This document shows, piece after piece, positions 9,801 through 19,439 of a DNA stretch of 55,013 nt. The DNA is from a virus. Its lineage: Duplodnaviria; Caudoviricetes. Both the position numbers and the translations under genes were made by a program. Positions within the stretch are counted from its first letter, which is position 1. Each line of letters starts with the position of its first letter. The stretch is taken from the IMG/VR virus record IMGVR_UViG_3300022074_000052, positions 1 to 55,013 of that record; one strand, written 5' to 3'. Below the pieces are notes generated by a model. That model searched no databases. It was given only the letters and a program-made list of their open reading frames with translations, and was not told where the DNA came from.

Positions 9801-10043
9801 CTTGCGGGTGCAAGACAAGTTACGTTAGACCCACCAGAAGTGGCAGATATTGGCTATTTATACGATTTTGACAGTATTTTTGCTACCCCAGAACAAGAAA
9901 AGTTGTTTACTAGCCCATATAAAAACTTTACTACTGAGAGAGATGTATTTGATAATTTCAATAATGATGCTAGAATGACTAGAACCACTCCGTATGAGCG
10001 AACAACAGATGAAATATTAAACATATTAAGAGGCGTAGCGTAA
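6807..10043 (+). CDS. Internal virion (ejection) protein with SleB/Hydrolase_2 cell-wall hydrolase domain
   Basis: About 9051-9434: RTIIGEAAGE...AVAHTILNR...VV.APYQFS...DPTEGATHYWNP...PSW...IDSHIF; Thr-rich linker follows. Confidence 0.8.
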   Translation: MVNFIQEVGDRIGDAIRPVADAAADALRPVGEAILRSDEVRTVVNVAAVATGNSWAVPIINGAKDIDNGADPEDVFKNIAIQTVTAGVADAVGEVASAALTDQIGSTMANFVADTGVNVVTNGGDIGAAVFDAGLKGSQIVSNTTNTIVDSLGIDTSTDLGKSLDKSLKTGISAEIMGEDGVKAASISAISDTIINPVLAKGEDLTPEALGDVSKLVSTALVAGAKGENVYDAINQELGNTATADLRDLVKTKVKDFIDPVEELPMDTGEFLTEAVLPDAETLDKFRDKPDTSVTESDLPYSPQNLQAPFISEEERQKFLNSTGIDLGKPSDIAKLMDDYEKRVSTTSKSLSEQEILDDPKTFKGPTGAGIGPEVTDEDYQSQLAGILGKGDEKADAAALRKQALLAPYKQLATDFGLNFSSGALEELALSAGGTGRGLDEFAEFLDRSYGVTGSGPLSLALAATDVVEGLTGYDVNPIDKTKFAQRTYFKNMSDPIKTYLMGESENMKEGISEEMTERQKLAAPAPDTTLEQVLRGEAKDVAGRPFGFGDPLATFMSAAQDLPDILSDVALIAINPIIGGAASLGLSGTSAYEDAAQEIEDKIKKARASGELQKTDAYKLLVEKNGGDESKAYEQLQDSAQGYAKIAGTVGGVADAVFGKLAITSGIKDAAGKIPSAFSKVIGGAGTEFTTEYNEKKLANLGTKFLGTDPTEGAAAEGLSAMVAGGTGSSITATADLVSKDISPADKEAWIRTIIGEAAGESDDGQAAVAHTILNRFKDGNFGDSLKNVVEAPYQFSTYNSLDQGGNTLHKKSKSSPEYKRAEKLTNDILSGKIKDPTEGATHYWNPDAANPSWGDEILSQHKSGGKKIDSHIFGGNTSSADTTDVAEVADNIDKKPTVPTTSVDVLDTGQVDAEPEVDVSAEVVAEILNKPKNFVTDSDVDVVTDAVASLETATDTTTDITTEPTTTVTPTTTTTTTTTTTPSLDTPVAPDQGIAQLAGARQVTLDPPEVADIGYLYDFDSIFATPEQEKLFTSPYKNFTTERDVFDNFNNDARMTRTTPYERTTDEILNILRGVA

Positions 10044-10807
10044 TGTCTACATGGTTTGAAAAGATAACAGGTGCGTTTAAACCTCCCTCAACAGGTTCTT
10101 CTTACCTAGAAGTCAGTGACGGGGGGTCAGGCGCAGGTATAAATCCCGATACTGGGGGTATCTTAAGTAGTTTATTATATACAAAAAACCCAACGACAGG
10201 AGCATCTGAGTTTGATTACAATAAGGTAGCAGGGTTGGCAGGACTAGCAGGAAGTGCGTTTGGGTTATTTCCTAACAGTCAACCTGTAACAGGCTACCAA
10301 GGAGAGATACCTAGGTATAGAGCTGTTAGATCACGAGTTCCTGGAACGTTTGATCCCGCCCGAAGACCTGGGAGTGGTGGACAACGATATTTTTCCGATA
10401 TGCAATTTGTACCTGATGCGGATAGAGAAACAGCAATGGCGGCAGCGGCTACAGAAGCAAAGGGACTACAGTCTGTGAATCTGGCTAATCCTGCCCAAGA
10501 ACGCCCAGCAACAACATTTATGGCAGAAGGTGGTATAGCGACGGCAAGAAGTAAACCTAAGTATTTAGACGGAGACACTGATGGTATGGCTGATGAAGTC
10601 CCTGCCATGATAGACGAAGAACAACCAGCAGCGTTAAGTGATGGTGAATTTGTAATTCCTGCAGATGTGGTTAGTCATCTAGGCAATGGTAATTCTGATG
10701 CAGGTGCAAAAGTTTTAGAGGAAATGATGGATGAAGTTAGAGTGGCAAGGACAGGTACGAAGAAACAAGCTCCTGAGATTGACCCCGAAGACTTCTTACC
10801 GACATAG
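10043..10807 (+). CDS. Internal virion protein with MAEGG motif and 'DG.AD.VPA...LSDGEFVIPADVV' domain
   Basis: Ejection-protein locus; the C-terminal motif is recurrent in phage virion proteins. Confidence 0.65.
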   Translation: MSTWFEKITGAFKPPSTGSSYLEVSDGGSGAGINPDTGGILSSLLYTKNPTTGASEFDYNKVAGLAGLAGSAFGLFPNSQPVTGYQGEIPRYRAVRSRVPGTFDPARRPGSGGQRYFSDMQFVPDADRETAMAAAATEAKGLQSVNLANPAQERPATTFMAEGGIATARSKPKYLDGDTDGMADEVPAMIDEEQPAALSDGEFVIPADVVSHLGNGNSDAGAKVLEEMMDEVRVARTGTKKQAPEIDPEDFLPT

Positions 10808-10816
10808 GAGGGTATA

Positions 10817-11698
10817 ATGGCAACAGATCCAGCAATAGCTAATGTAGGCGGGCTAACCTCTCAGCCTTTAGCTAAAGAGTCTTCTCTATCTTCATACATA
10901 GGGCCTTATGTAACGGAGATGTTAGGCAGAGGCGCAGGCATTGCAAGTGAACCTTATCAAGCATATATGGGTCCTCTTACAGCGGGAACTTCTGATTTAC
11001 AAGACAAAGGTTTTCAAGGACTTGCAGGTCTTAATATACCTACAGATCAAATGGGGTCGTTTACTCCTCAAACATTTACAGGGGGCATCGCTACACAATA
11101 TATGAACCCTTTTTTGGATGCTGCGCTTGCACCACAAATAGCTGAAGCACGACGGCAATCAGACATATCTGCTCTTGCTGACCGATCAAGACTCACAAAA
11201 GCAGGAGCGTTTGGGGGAGGTAGACAAGCTATAATAGATGCCGAAAGAGATAGAAACCTACAACAAAATTTATCCGCCATAACAGGTAAAGGGTATTCAG
11301 ACGCATTTAGTCAGGCTATGAAACAATTTAATGTAGAACAAGACAGGTCTAGAGGAGTGCAGGAAGATGTGAATAAATATGGACTTGCAGCTTTAGGAGA
11401 CCAGTTAGATGCAGGTGCGATACAGAGGGGTATAGAGTCTGAAGGTGTATTAGCAGATAGAGAGCAGTTTATAGAAGAACGTGACTTCCCATACAAGCAA
11501 GTGCAGTACATGCAGTCATTACTGCAGGGGCTACCGTTAGCTACACAATCTGTAACATACGCTCAACCTACATTTCTAGAACAGTTAAGAGCAGATTCTG
11601 GAGATACTATGGCGTTGCTAGCAAGTATTTTTGGGACAGGTGACAAGCCTAATCCGTCATCAAACGCAGCAGATTTTATTGAGAAGGTAATATCATGA
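10817..11698 (+). CDS. DNA pilot/ejection protein
   Basis: 'QYMNPF', 'AGAFGGGRQAI', 'QF.EE..FPY.Q' patterns; Ala/Gln-rich; RBS AGGAGG. Confidence 0.65.
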   Translation: MATDPAIANVGGLTSQPLAKESSLSSYIGPYVTEMLGRGAGIASEPYQAYMGPLTAGTSDLQDKGFQGLAGLNIPTDQMGSFTPQTFTGGIATQYMNPFLDAALAPQIAEARRQSDISALADRSRLTKAGAFGGGRQAIIDAERDRNLQQNLSAITGKGYSDAFSQAMKQFNVEQDRSRGVQEDVNKYGLAALGDQLDAGAIQRGIESEGVLADREQFIEERDFPYKQVQYMQSLLQGLPLATQSVTYAQPTFLEQLRADSGDTMALLASIFGTGDKPNPSSNAADFIEKVIS

Positions 11699-13074
11699 GT
11701 ATGGGTATAAACTCTTTACTATCTAACCTAGACGACAAGATGCAAGTGTTTAGGGCAAACCCAGAACAAGCGATGCAACGTGCTAAGATTACAGGGAAAA
11801 CACTAGATGCCATAGCTGCAGAAAAAGTATTGAATGAAAAACTAGACGCTGCTAACGAGTTACAACGCCAACTTGTACCTAATGAGAACACAATAACAGG
11901 TCAAACTGACCAAGCGTTACAGGGCATGGCAGTGCAGGAGCTTGCCGAAGGTATAGGAAAAGTATTTCAAGTAAATCAGGCTAGAAAACAAAAAAATCTT
12001 AATAAAGTGGCTAGTATGGGTTTAGCAGGTGCGCCTGTACAACGGAAGATGGCTATGGCAGATGGGGGTATTGTTGGGTATTTTGATGGTAAAGCCATAG
12101 ACATGGAAAATGAAAGAGAAGAGGAGGAGAGAAAGAAAAGGTTTCTTGCTCCTGGGCTTGGGGGCATCATGCAACCTAACTTAAAAAAGCTAAAAGAGGA
12201 CGCATTTACAGACATAGCAGAGCGGTCTGGTATAACACCTATGGAATCTACGATAACAACAGACGAGTCTGGATTCGTAAAAGGCACAGACAATTTTAAC
12301 ATTCCAACCACACAGCTAGGTAAATATGAACCTCCAGTAGCTAAAGATAGAAGTGAGATGGGAGCTGACCCCTCAATGATGCCTAATATGCCTAACCAAA
12401 ATATTATTCCACCTGCTGAAGAGGACTTGCAAGAAAAATTAGAAAACCCACCTGAAGATCTTAATCCTACTGACACACCAAAAGAAAGAACAAGAAAGAA
12501 AAACACTTACAATGAGTGGTTTGAAAGACTATTAACAGTATTGTCTGCACCTGCCACAGGTAGAGGGTTAGGTGGAGGAAACGTGGCTAGGGCTTATGTT
12601 CAATTTAGTCAACGAGTTATAGATAACTTTAATGATGTCTTAACCTTGGAGATTGAAGAAGAAAAAGTAAAAGCTGCCAAAAAGTTTAATGCGTTGAAAG
12701 CACAGGGTATGAACGATGCTAAATTAATGGCATTAAAAGAAGATTATGTGAATCAAATAAGGCAAATTAGAGATAAAGCGAATACGTCTACTGTTGCGTT
12801 AAGATTAGAAGGGGATAAAAATAAGTTAATAGAGTTGCAGACTAAAGATAGTCCCGATACAGATACTATAAACGCACTGAAGGCTAAGATACGAGCCGCA
12901 GAAAGAATCATAGAGGCAGGTATAAAACAACAAACAAAAATGCAAATAGCTGAGATAGAGACTATAGATCAAATATTACGAGGTAGTATAAAAGGACTAC
13001 CCTCTTTAACTACGGGCGGCTCTGGTGTGCCTCAAGGGTTTCAAAACAAAGCAAACGTAGTTCAAGGCCCATAG
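11695..13074 (+). CDS. Internal virion/ejection protein
   Basis: Coiled-coil-rich; contains MADGGIVGY; ejection locus. Confidence 0.6.
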   Translation: MSMGINSLLSNLDDKMQVFRANPEQAMQRAKITGKTLDAIAAEKVLNEKLDAANELQRQLVPNENTITGQTDQALQGMAVQELAEGIGKVFQVNQARKQKNLNKVASMGLAGAPVQRKMAMADGGIVGYFDGKAIDMENEREEEERKKRFLAPGLGGIMQPNLKKLKEDAFTDIAERSGITPMESTITTDESGFVKGTDNFNIPTTQLGKYEPPVAKDRSEMGADPSMMPNMPNQNIIPPAEEDLQEKLENPPEDLNPTDTPKERTRKKNTYNEWFERLLTVLSAPATGRGLGGGNVARAYVQFSQRVIDNFNDVLTLEIEEEKVKAAKKFNALKAQGMNDAKLMALKEDYVNQIRQIRDKANTSTVALRLEGDKNKLIELQTKDSPDTDTINALKAKIRAAERIIEAGIKQQTKMQIAEIETIDQILRGSIKGLPSLTTGGSGVPQGFQNKANVVQGP

Positions 13075-13084
13075 GGAGGGACAG

Positions 13085-16000
13085 ATGCCCACCTATGAAA
13101 TATACAGAGATGATGGCACACCTATAAGGGTGGAAGGACCTGACGGGGCTACTCCAGCGGAACTTGTTAGAAAGTATTTAGATGAACAAGAAACAGCTTC
13201 CGTAGTTGCTGAAGCAAGAGAGAGGCAACGAAAAAAACCCGTACGACTTAGTCAATATCTAACAGAGATACCTAAAGCAGGTGCAAGAGGTTTAGCAGGT
13301 ATATTTGAAACAGGTCTTCTTGGAGGAGCGACGGTGCTTCCTGAATCTGTAGAGGCCCCTGTGCGTGATGTAATTAAACGTGGGGGTGAAGGTATACGAG
13401 ACTTATTAGCACCTGCGCCAAATGTACAAGCAAGACTAGAAGACGACGAATTTCAACTAGCTGAAGCCCCAATAAAATTCTCAGAGGCTTTAGGTTCTTT
13501 TGGAGGTATATTAGGCACGGCTCTTGTCAATCCTTTAGCCGCTGGAGCTTTAGCCGCTGGAGCAGGAGCAGGAGAGGCTAGCGAACGTGCCAGAGCCGCA
13601 GACGCTACGCAAGAAGAGCGTAATATAGCAGCGTTAAAAGGTGTAGGTGCAGGATTAACTGAATTAATACCTCTAGCAGGTCCTGTAGGACGTATATTAA
13701 AAAGAGTTCCTGACAAGATAAAAGATGGTTTTGCGGATAAGGCGATAGATCTGGGCATAGCAACCACTGCAGAAGGCGCACAAGAAGCACTTGCTGCCTC
13801 ATTGCAAAACATGATTGAGCAGGGGTATAATCCAGAACAAGTTATATCAGAAGGCGTTACGGAGGCAGGTCTATACGGTGGGGGCGTAGGTGGCGCAGTT
13901 GAGGCGATAATACAATTTGTTGAAGGGCGTAAACGCAGGAGAGCTGGAGATGATACAGAGACTGACGACACAAGAGATGGAGAAGGCACTGCAGTTAATA
14001 CACAAGGCGAACGAACAGAAGCAGGACTTACCGATACCAAAGGAATTACAGATGCTACATCCACTAGAGTGGGTATTACTGGAACAACTACTGCAACTGA
14101 TACTGGAAGAAAAGAACCAGAAGACGTTGCATTAAAAACAGAAGAGAAAAAAACAGAGGAGACAGAGACACAGGAAGCCGTGGCTGGGTTCGATGCGGTA
14201 TATAGTGGTGAGAAGCAGGAGAAGCCAAGGGTTAGAATACCTGGGAAGATGGTAAAACAGAAGTCAACTGCTCCTATAAAAGGTAAAAACTCTACAAATA
14301 ATGAAGAAGCAAATACAAGAGCCGAGTCAACCTACAATCAAAATGTATATGATGAGTACTATCTTGCTGATATTAAAGATGACAAAGGTAACGTTGTAGG
14401 CAAACAAAGTTCTGAAGAACTGCAACAATACAACAACCTTACACGATTTACAGTAGGGACTAGAGAAGGCACTGATGAAGTCGCTAGAACTTCAAAGAAG
14501 TCAAAATACGACGCTCCTAGCCTACCTTTGAAAGATAAAAATAAAATACTAGAGTTAGTTGAAGCTAGACCTGAACGCCCTACAAAAGAAAACATTCTAA
14601 AAGACAAGTTCGATACTGAATTTTTTGTGGCTCAAACTCTAAGTAAAGATCCTGTGGTGGAAGATGTGTTGGATGAAGCTGCATACATACTAACTCAACC
14701 TGAAAAAGATAGAATAAAAACGTTTGAGGAAAAAATAGATAAGCCTCAGATGGTTGTTGATAAAGAGACAGGAAAGTTAAAACCAAAACTAGATGAGGAG
14801 GGTAAACCCATAGTGAAGAAGGGTGCAGTAAAAGAAGTAGACCCTTCACGAGTGTACTTTCAAGGCGATAAGATAAAAGTTAAAAAGCCAGACGGAAAGT
14901 TTAAAACGGTAAATAACTCAGGGTCAGAAGCTGCCACTATGGTATCCAACTGGGTAAACAATAATCTATCTCCTGCAGGGCAAAGTTGGTTTAGGAACAG
15001 GGTAGCGTATTACGGTAAAGATAAAGCAGTAGGCACTAGAGGACAACTAGGTAAGTTAAGAACAAAGAAACAAGCAGAACTAACTGAAGCCACAAAAGTG
15101 CAGGCTAGAGAAGCGCAAGAGAAGGCTACACAAGAAGAGTTAGAAGCAAAAGATATAAAAGAAGCCGCAGAAAGAGCAGCAAAAGAAGGCACGGGTCTGC
15201 AACCTGTGTCCCTCCCTGCGTTGGAAATGGACGGTCTAGACCTAAATAGGTTCATGATGAGTACGCAACGTGGCGATGTGCGGATGATACAACGAGAGGA
15301 GCAAACAAGGCTATCGGAAGTCGCAAAAGAGTTAAAAGGGAAAAGAGAGAGGGCAGAGGCTCTTCACGCTATTTTAGTAAAGAAAGGTATGAAGAAAAAG
15401 GCTCTAGATATTGAGGCTGTTATAGATATGGACGTGCCTTTGATGGACAGCACAAAAAATCTAATAGAAGAGGGCAAGTTGCAAGAAGCATTAGAGGATT
15501 TATCTACAACCTCTGACAATAGTGTGGTTCAAAAAATATCTAAAAAGTTAGCTGAAAATGTGAAGGATACAAAGGTAGTATTATCCCCTCAGATAATGGT
15601 AGATGGGAGAAGACGAGCTGGAGCTTTTGATCCACAAACTAACACCATAGAACTAGATGCGGAAAGAGGTATGACTCCTCACGTGTTACTACATGAGATG
15701 ACACATGCCCAAACATCTGCAGCGATTGCAAATCCGTCCAATCCTTTAACAAAGCAAATACAATTTATATACGACAATGTAAAAGATAAATTAGACACAT
15801 ATTTTGGAACAGAAAACTTAGATGAGTTTGTAGCAGAGGCTTTTACCAATCCACAGTTTCAACAAAAGTTAGCCAGATTAAATATAAAAGGAGAGAAGAT
15901 AACAGCCTTTCAACGTCTTGCTAACAGCATTGGTAACTTTATAAGACGGCTCGTGGGCTTGCCGCAAAAAAACATAGACGTTGCTACCGTAACAAGTGAC

Positions 16001-19000
16001 ATAGTAGAGAGCCTGTTAGCTCCTGCACCTGAGTATAGAGACGCTGGTAAACTTGGCATGGGGCCAGAGTCTATATCTAAAATACTTTCTAATCTTGGTA
16101 AGAAAGAAAAAACCAAGACGTATATGGGAGATAAAGACAAGGAGAAGTTTTTAGATGACGTGAATGAGGCTTTAGGAGACCCAGGATTCTCAGGTATAGC
16201 CAAGGACATACTACTCAGTCTAGGGGACTTAGTTACAGCTACAGAGATAGGAGAGGCTGTTGTACGAAAGGGCATGGGGGAAGATAAGACAGGTACTTTT
16301 AGAAAGATTAACAGAACGGTGCAAACACTTAGAGGTGAAACAGAAAAAGCAGGTAGGCGATTTGATGACGTATTTAAACAAATAAAACCATTCTTTAAAA
16401 ACAAGCAGCAAAGAGATCTGCTCGACGACATAATATATAATTTAGATTATGGAGCTACGATACATCAAGTTGACCCTGACGGTGGAGTAGAGTCTGATTA
16501 TAAAGATGACCAAGGAAATGATATAAATGTAGAGCTAACAAATGGTAAGACTAAGACCTTAGTTCAAGTATGGAAAGACAATAAAAACAAATGGAAAAAT
16601 TTAGGTGCGCCTGGAAAAAGAGTGTTCAGAGCCATGCGCGATCATTACAAGAACGAGTTCAAGGATGTGCAACGAGTAATAAATAAGCAGGTTGATGAAA
16701 ATCTAGGAGCAAACTCACCAGAAGCAAAGGCGTTAAAGAAAGATGTGTTTGATAAAATATTTAACGAAAAAACTCTAAACGTATACTTTCCGTTAGTCAG
16801 AGAGGGAGACTATCTAATAAGATTTAGTAGGCTTGACCCACAAAAACCTGATGACAATCTTGTGGTGGTTGCAGTAAAGACAGAGAGGGCGGCAAAAAGA
16901 TTATCAAAAGAACTTATGGCTGACCCCACCATAGATTCAAATTCGGTTGAGTTTAAAAAATCTGGCGATATGGTGAGTGATTTTATACAAAAACCTCCCA
17001 CAGGGTTTGTAAATAATATACTAGAAACTCTAGATAAGGGTATCACCAACAAAAAAGAAAAAGACGCTTTTAAGAAAGAAGTAGTAAAACTATTCTTAAC
17101 AACTCTACCAGAAACATCTTTAGCTAAATCCATAAGCAAACGACAAAATAGAGAAGGGTTCAACCCCGACTCACTCGCTGCATTTAAAGAAAAAGGTTTT
17201 ACGTTAGGACGACAAGCTGCACGATTATCTGTGGGTAAAGAACTAAGAACGTTATCAGGAGAGTTAGATTCTCTTAGAAAAGAGTTCTACGCCATACCAA
17301 AAAATAGACAAAAAGCAGAAAGAAACTTACGAAATCTTTTTGGAGTTGTAGACCAGATGCCGTCTTTAGACCGAGTGATAAAAGATGTAAAAGATCGTAT
17401 GAACTTTGCGCTGGAGGGGGCATCTAACAAAAACATGGAACCCGTGTTTAAGAATTTAAACCAAGGAGCTTTTTTATACACTATAGGAATAAACGCTTCA
17501 TCTGCACTGGTTAACTTATCTCAAATACCTTTATTCGCTTACCCAATGCTTGGAGCTAGGTACGGTTATGGCAACGCATTTGGAGCTATAATGAAAGCAG
17601 GACGAATAACAACAAACTCAAGAAAAGGTTTAGATTTAGATTTGATGAGTTATGTTACTGTCTCACGTGATCCAAATACTGGTAAAGACACATACACGAT
17701 TGATAAAAATTTTAGGCAGGGGATGGCGTTTAAACAAGATATGAACCCTAAAGAAGTACAAGCACTGGAGGCATATCTGCCATTACTACAAGAAGCGGAT
17801 GGACGAGGACAGCTTACAAAAAACTGGATAATGGATGCTCTAGGGTTAGGAGAGTCAGGGCGAGAGACAAGTATACCTGATAAGGTTGTGGGGGTATCTG
17901 CTTACATGTTTAACTTGGCGGAGAAGATAAACAGACAGACACTACTATTGGCTAGTTATGAGCTGGCAATACGAAAAGCAGTTGACCCAAAAAACAAAAT
18001 AAAAGAGTTATCGGCAGTTGTTAAACAAGCCTCTTCAGAACAGATAGCTGCAGCAACTGATACAGCCTTACGTGAAACACAGGAAGTTAACGGTGGAGCC
18101 ACATTGGAGACAGGCGCAAAGATATCAAGAGAAGGCATACCTCGTGTAGCTTTTATGTATAAAGGTTATGGTCTACGTATGTATTCTTCTATGCTAATGT
18201 CTGCACGTGAACTTCTTAGAACGGACAAAACTTTAACAAATGAGGAACGAGCAGTAGCTATGAAACAAGTTGTGGGGTTTCATCTATCTGCGTTAGCGTT
18301 TGCAGGTGTGTACGGACTGCCTCTATACGGAGCTATAAGTATGATAGCAAATATGTTTTTGGGTGACGATGAAGACGATGCGGACACCATTGTGCGAAAA
18401 ACAGTTGGAGAAGAGTGGTACAAGGGGGTTGCTAACCTACTATCAGGTGTAGACGTAGCCTCTCGTGTTCGTCTAACAGGTCTATTAATACAACAAAATA
18501 GATACAATAGAGATGCTACTTGGGAAGAGAATGTCTTGTTCTACGCAGGTGGACCTGCTTTATCCACTATGGACAGGTTATATAGAGGTTCTGTGGACGT
18601 ATTAAACGGAGACTTAGAGCGTGGGTTTGAAAGTCTTCTACCTCCTTCTGTGTCCAACGTCTGGAAAGGAGGCTTTGGCAGGATATCGCGAGATGGTTAC
18701 ATGTCACGTCGTGGCGATGAGATATACGGTGATCCTAGTCGTGGAGAGCTTTTCGGACTTACATTAGGGTTTGCTCCTGCTGAATATATACGGCAAATGG
18801 AGAGAAACGCCTATAAGAAGGGTTTAGATAATGCACTAAATACTAAGAGAACTAAGATACTAAAGAAACTGTATGTAGGACTTAGGACTGGTGACATGCC
18901 CATGTACGACGACGCATTTCAAGAGTTAATGGATTTTAATGAGAAGCATCCCTTTGCAGCCATAACAGGTGATAGTGTGTATAGATCTATGCAAAGTCAT

Positions 19001-19129
19001 AAAGAAACCTCAAAGAACATAATGGTGAACAACGGTATAAACATATCTAAACAAAACAGAGCATATCTCATGCTTCTTGAAGACGAGTGGGACCCTGACT
19101 ACAACTTTGACAGACTGTTTGGTTTTTAG
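13085..19129 (+). CDS. Very large internal virion protein (polyvalent-type) with zincin HExxH metallopeptidase-like domain
   Basis: 2014 aa; AGAFDP..NTI...LLHEMTHA (15692-15706) ... DEFVAEAFTN; RBS GGAGG; last gene of the late operon. Confidence 0.75.
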   Translation: MPTYEIYRDDGTPIRVEGPDGATPAELVRKYLDEQETASVVAEARERQRKKPVRLSQYLTEIPKAGARGLAGIFETGLLGGATVLPESVEAPVRDVIKRGGEGIRDLLAPAPNVQARLEDDEFQLAEAPIKFSEALGSFGGILGTALVNPLAAGALAAGAGAGEASERARAADATQEERNIAALKGVGAGLTELIPLAGPVGRILKRVPDKIKDGFADKAIDLGIATTAEGAQEALAASLQNMIEQGYNPEQVISEGVTEAGLYGGGVGGAVEAIIQFVEGRKRRRAGDDTETDDTRDGEGTAVNTQGERTEAGLTDTKGITDATSTRVGITGTTTATDTGRKEPEDVALKTEEKKTEETETQEAVAGFDAVYSGEKQEKPRVRIPGKMVKQKSTAPIKGKNSTNNEEANTRAESTYNQNVYDEYYLADIKDDKGNVVGKQSSEELQQYNNLTRFTVGTREGTDEVARTSKKSKYDAPSLPLKDKNKILELVEARPERPTKENILKDKFDTEFFVAQTLSKDPVVEDVLDEAAYILTQPEKDRIKTFEEKIDKPQMVVDKETGKLKPKLDEEGKPIVKKGAVKEVDPSRVYFQGDKIKVKKPDGKFKTVNNSGSEAATMVSNWVNNNLSPAGQSWFRNRVAYYGKDKAVGTRGQLGKLRTKKQAELTEATKVQAREAQEKATQEELEAKDIKEAAERAAKEGTGLQPVSLPALEMDGLDLNRFMMSTQRGDVRMIQREEQTRLSEVAKELKGKRERAEALHAILVKKGMKKKALDIEAVIDMDVPLMDSTKNLIEEGKLQEALEDLSTTSDNSVVQKISKKLAENVKDTKVVLSPQIMVDGRRRAGAFDPQTNTIELDAERGMTPHVLLHEMTHAQTSAAIANPSNPLTKQIQFIYDNVKDKLDTYFGTENLDEFVAEAFTNPQFQQKLARLNIKGEKITAFQRLANSIGNFIRRLVGLPQKNIDVATVTSDIVESLLAPAPEYRDAGKLGMGPESISKILSNLGKKEKTKTYMGDKDKEKFLDDVNEALGDPGFSGIAKDILLSLGDLVTATEIGEAVVRKGMGEDKTGTFRKINRTVQTLRGETEKAGRRFDDVFKQIKPFFKNKQQRDLLDDIIYNLDYGATIHQVDPDGGVESDYKDDQGNDINVELTNGKTKTLVQVWKDNKNKWKNLGAPGKRVFRAMRDHYKNEFKDVQRVINKQVDENLGANSPEAKALKKDVFDKIFNEKTLNVYFPLVREGDYLIRFSRLDPQKPDDNLVVVAVKTERAAKRLSKELMADPTIDSNSVEFKKSGDMVSDFIQKPPTGFVNNILETLDKGITNKKEKDAFKKEVVKLFLTTLPETSLAKSISKRQNREGFNPDSLAAFKEKGFTLGRQAARLSVGKELRTLSGELDSLRKEFYAIPKNRQKAERNLRNLFGVVDQMPSLDRVIKDVKDRMNFALEGASNKNMEPVFKNLNQGAFLYTIGINASSALVNLSQIPLFAYPMLGARYGYGNAFGAIMKAGRITTNSRKGLDLDLMSYVTVSRDPNTGKDTYTIDKNFRQGMAFKQDMNPKEVQALEAYLPLLQEADGRGQLTKNWIMDALGLGESGRETSIPDKVVGVSAYMFNLAEKINRQTLLLASYELAIRKAVDPKNKIKELSAVVKQASSEQIAAATDTALRETQEVNGGATLETGAKISREGIPRVAFMYKGYGLRMYSSMLMSARELLRTDKTLTNEERAVAMKQVVGFHLSALAFAGVYGLPLYGAISMIANMFLGDDEDDADTIVRKTVGEEWYKGVANLLSGVDVASRVRLTGLLIQQNRYNRDATWEENVLFYAGGPALSTMDRLYRGSVDVLNGDLERGFESLLPPSVSNVWKGGFGRISRDGYMSRRGDEIYGDPSRGELFGLTLGFAPAEYIRQMERNAYKKGLDNALNTKRTKILKKLYVGLRTGDMPMYDDAFQELMDFNEKHPFAAITGDSVYRSMQSHKETSKNIMVNNGINISKQNRAYLMLLEDEWDPDYNFDRLFGF

Positions 19130-19131
19130 GG

Positions 19132-19161
19132 AAAAAGAGTGACCACCCGAAGATGGTCACT
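19132..19161 (-). terminator. Intrinsic terminator of the replication operon with cUUCGg tetraloop
   Basis: Minus strand AGTGACCATC-TTCG-GGTGGTCACT-CTTTTT, between convergent genes. Confidence 0.75.
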
Positions 19162-19205
19162 TAAGAGAAAGAGAGTGACAAGGATAACCTGTCACCCCAG
19201 ATTTA

Positions 19206-19439
19206 TCACAAAATTCTCCAGATGCGAACACCTAATTTATTATTCTCTACACGGACATACGCTTTTACGTCCCAACCCTTTGTTTTTGTTATAATTTTTA
19301 CTTGTTGTATAGCCTTGTGAGTGTTGACACACGGAATAAATACAGAGGAACTTGTTACCATATCACCCCATTTCACTATTATTCGCACCCCATCAGGGTT
19401 TAAATCATCAGTTTTCAGTATTCCCTGTCGTAGCTTCAT
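19206..19439 (-). CDS. Small hypothetical protein downstream of primase
   Basis: 'W......SVFIPC.N...........E..KLGVRIWR'; ATG at 19439 overlaps the primase end. Confidence 0.7.
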   Translation of the reverse strand: MKLRQGILKTDDLNPDGVRIIVKWGDMVTSSSVFIPCVNTHKAIQQVKIITKTKGWDVKAYVRVENNKLGVRIWRIL

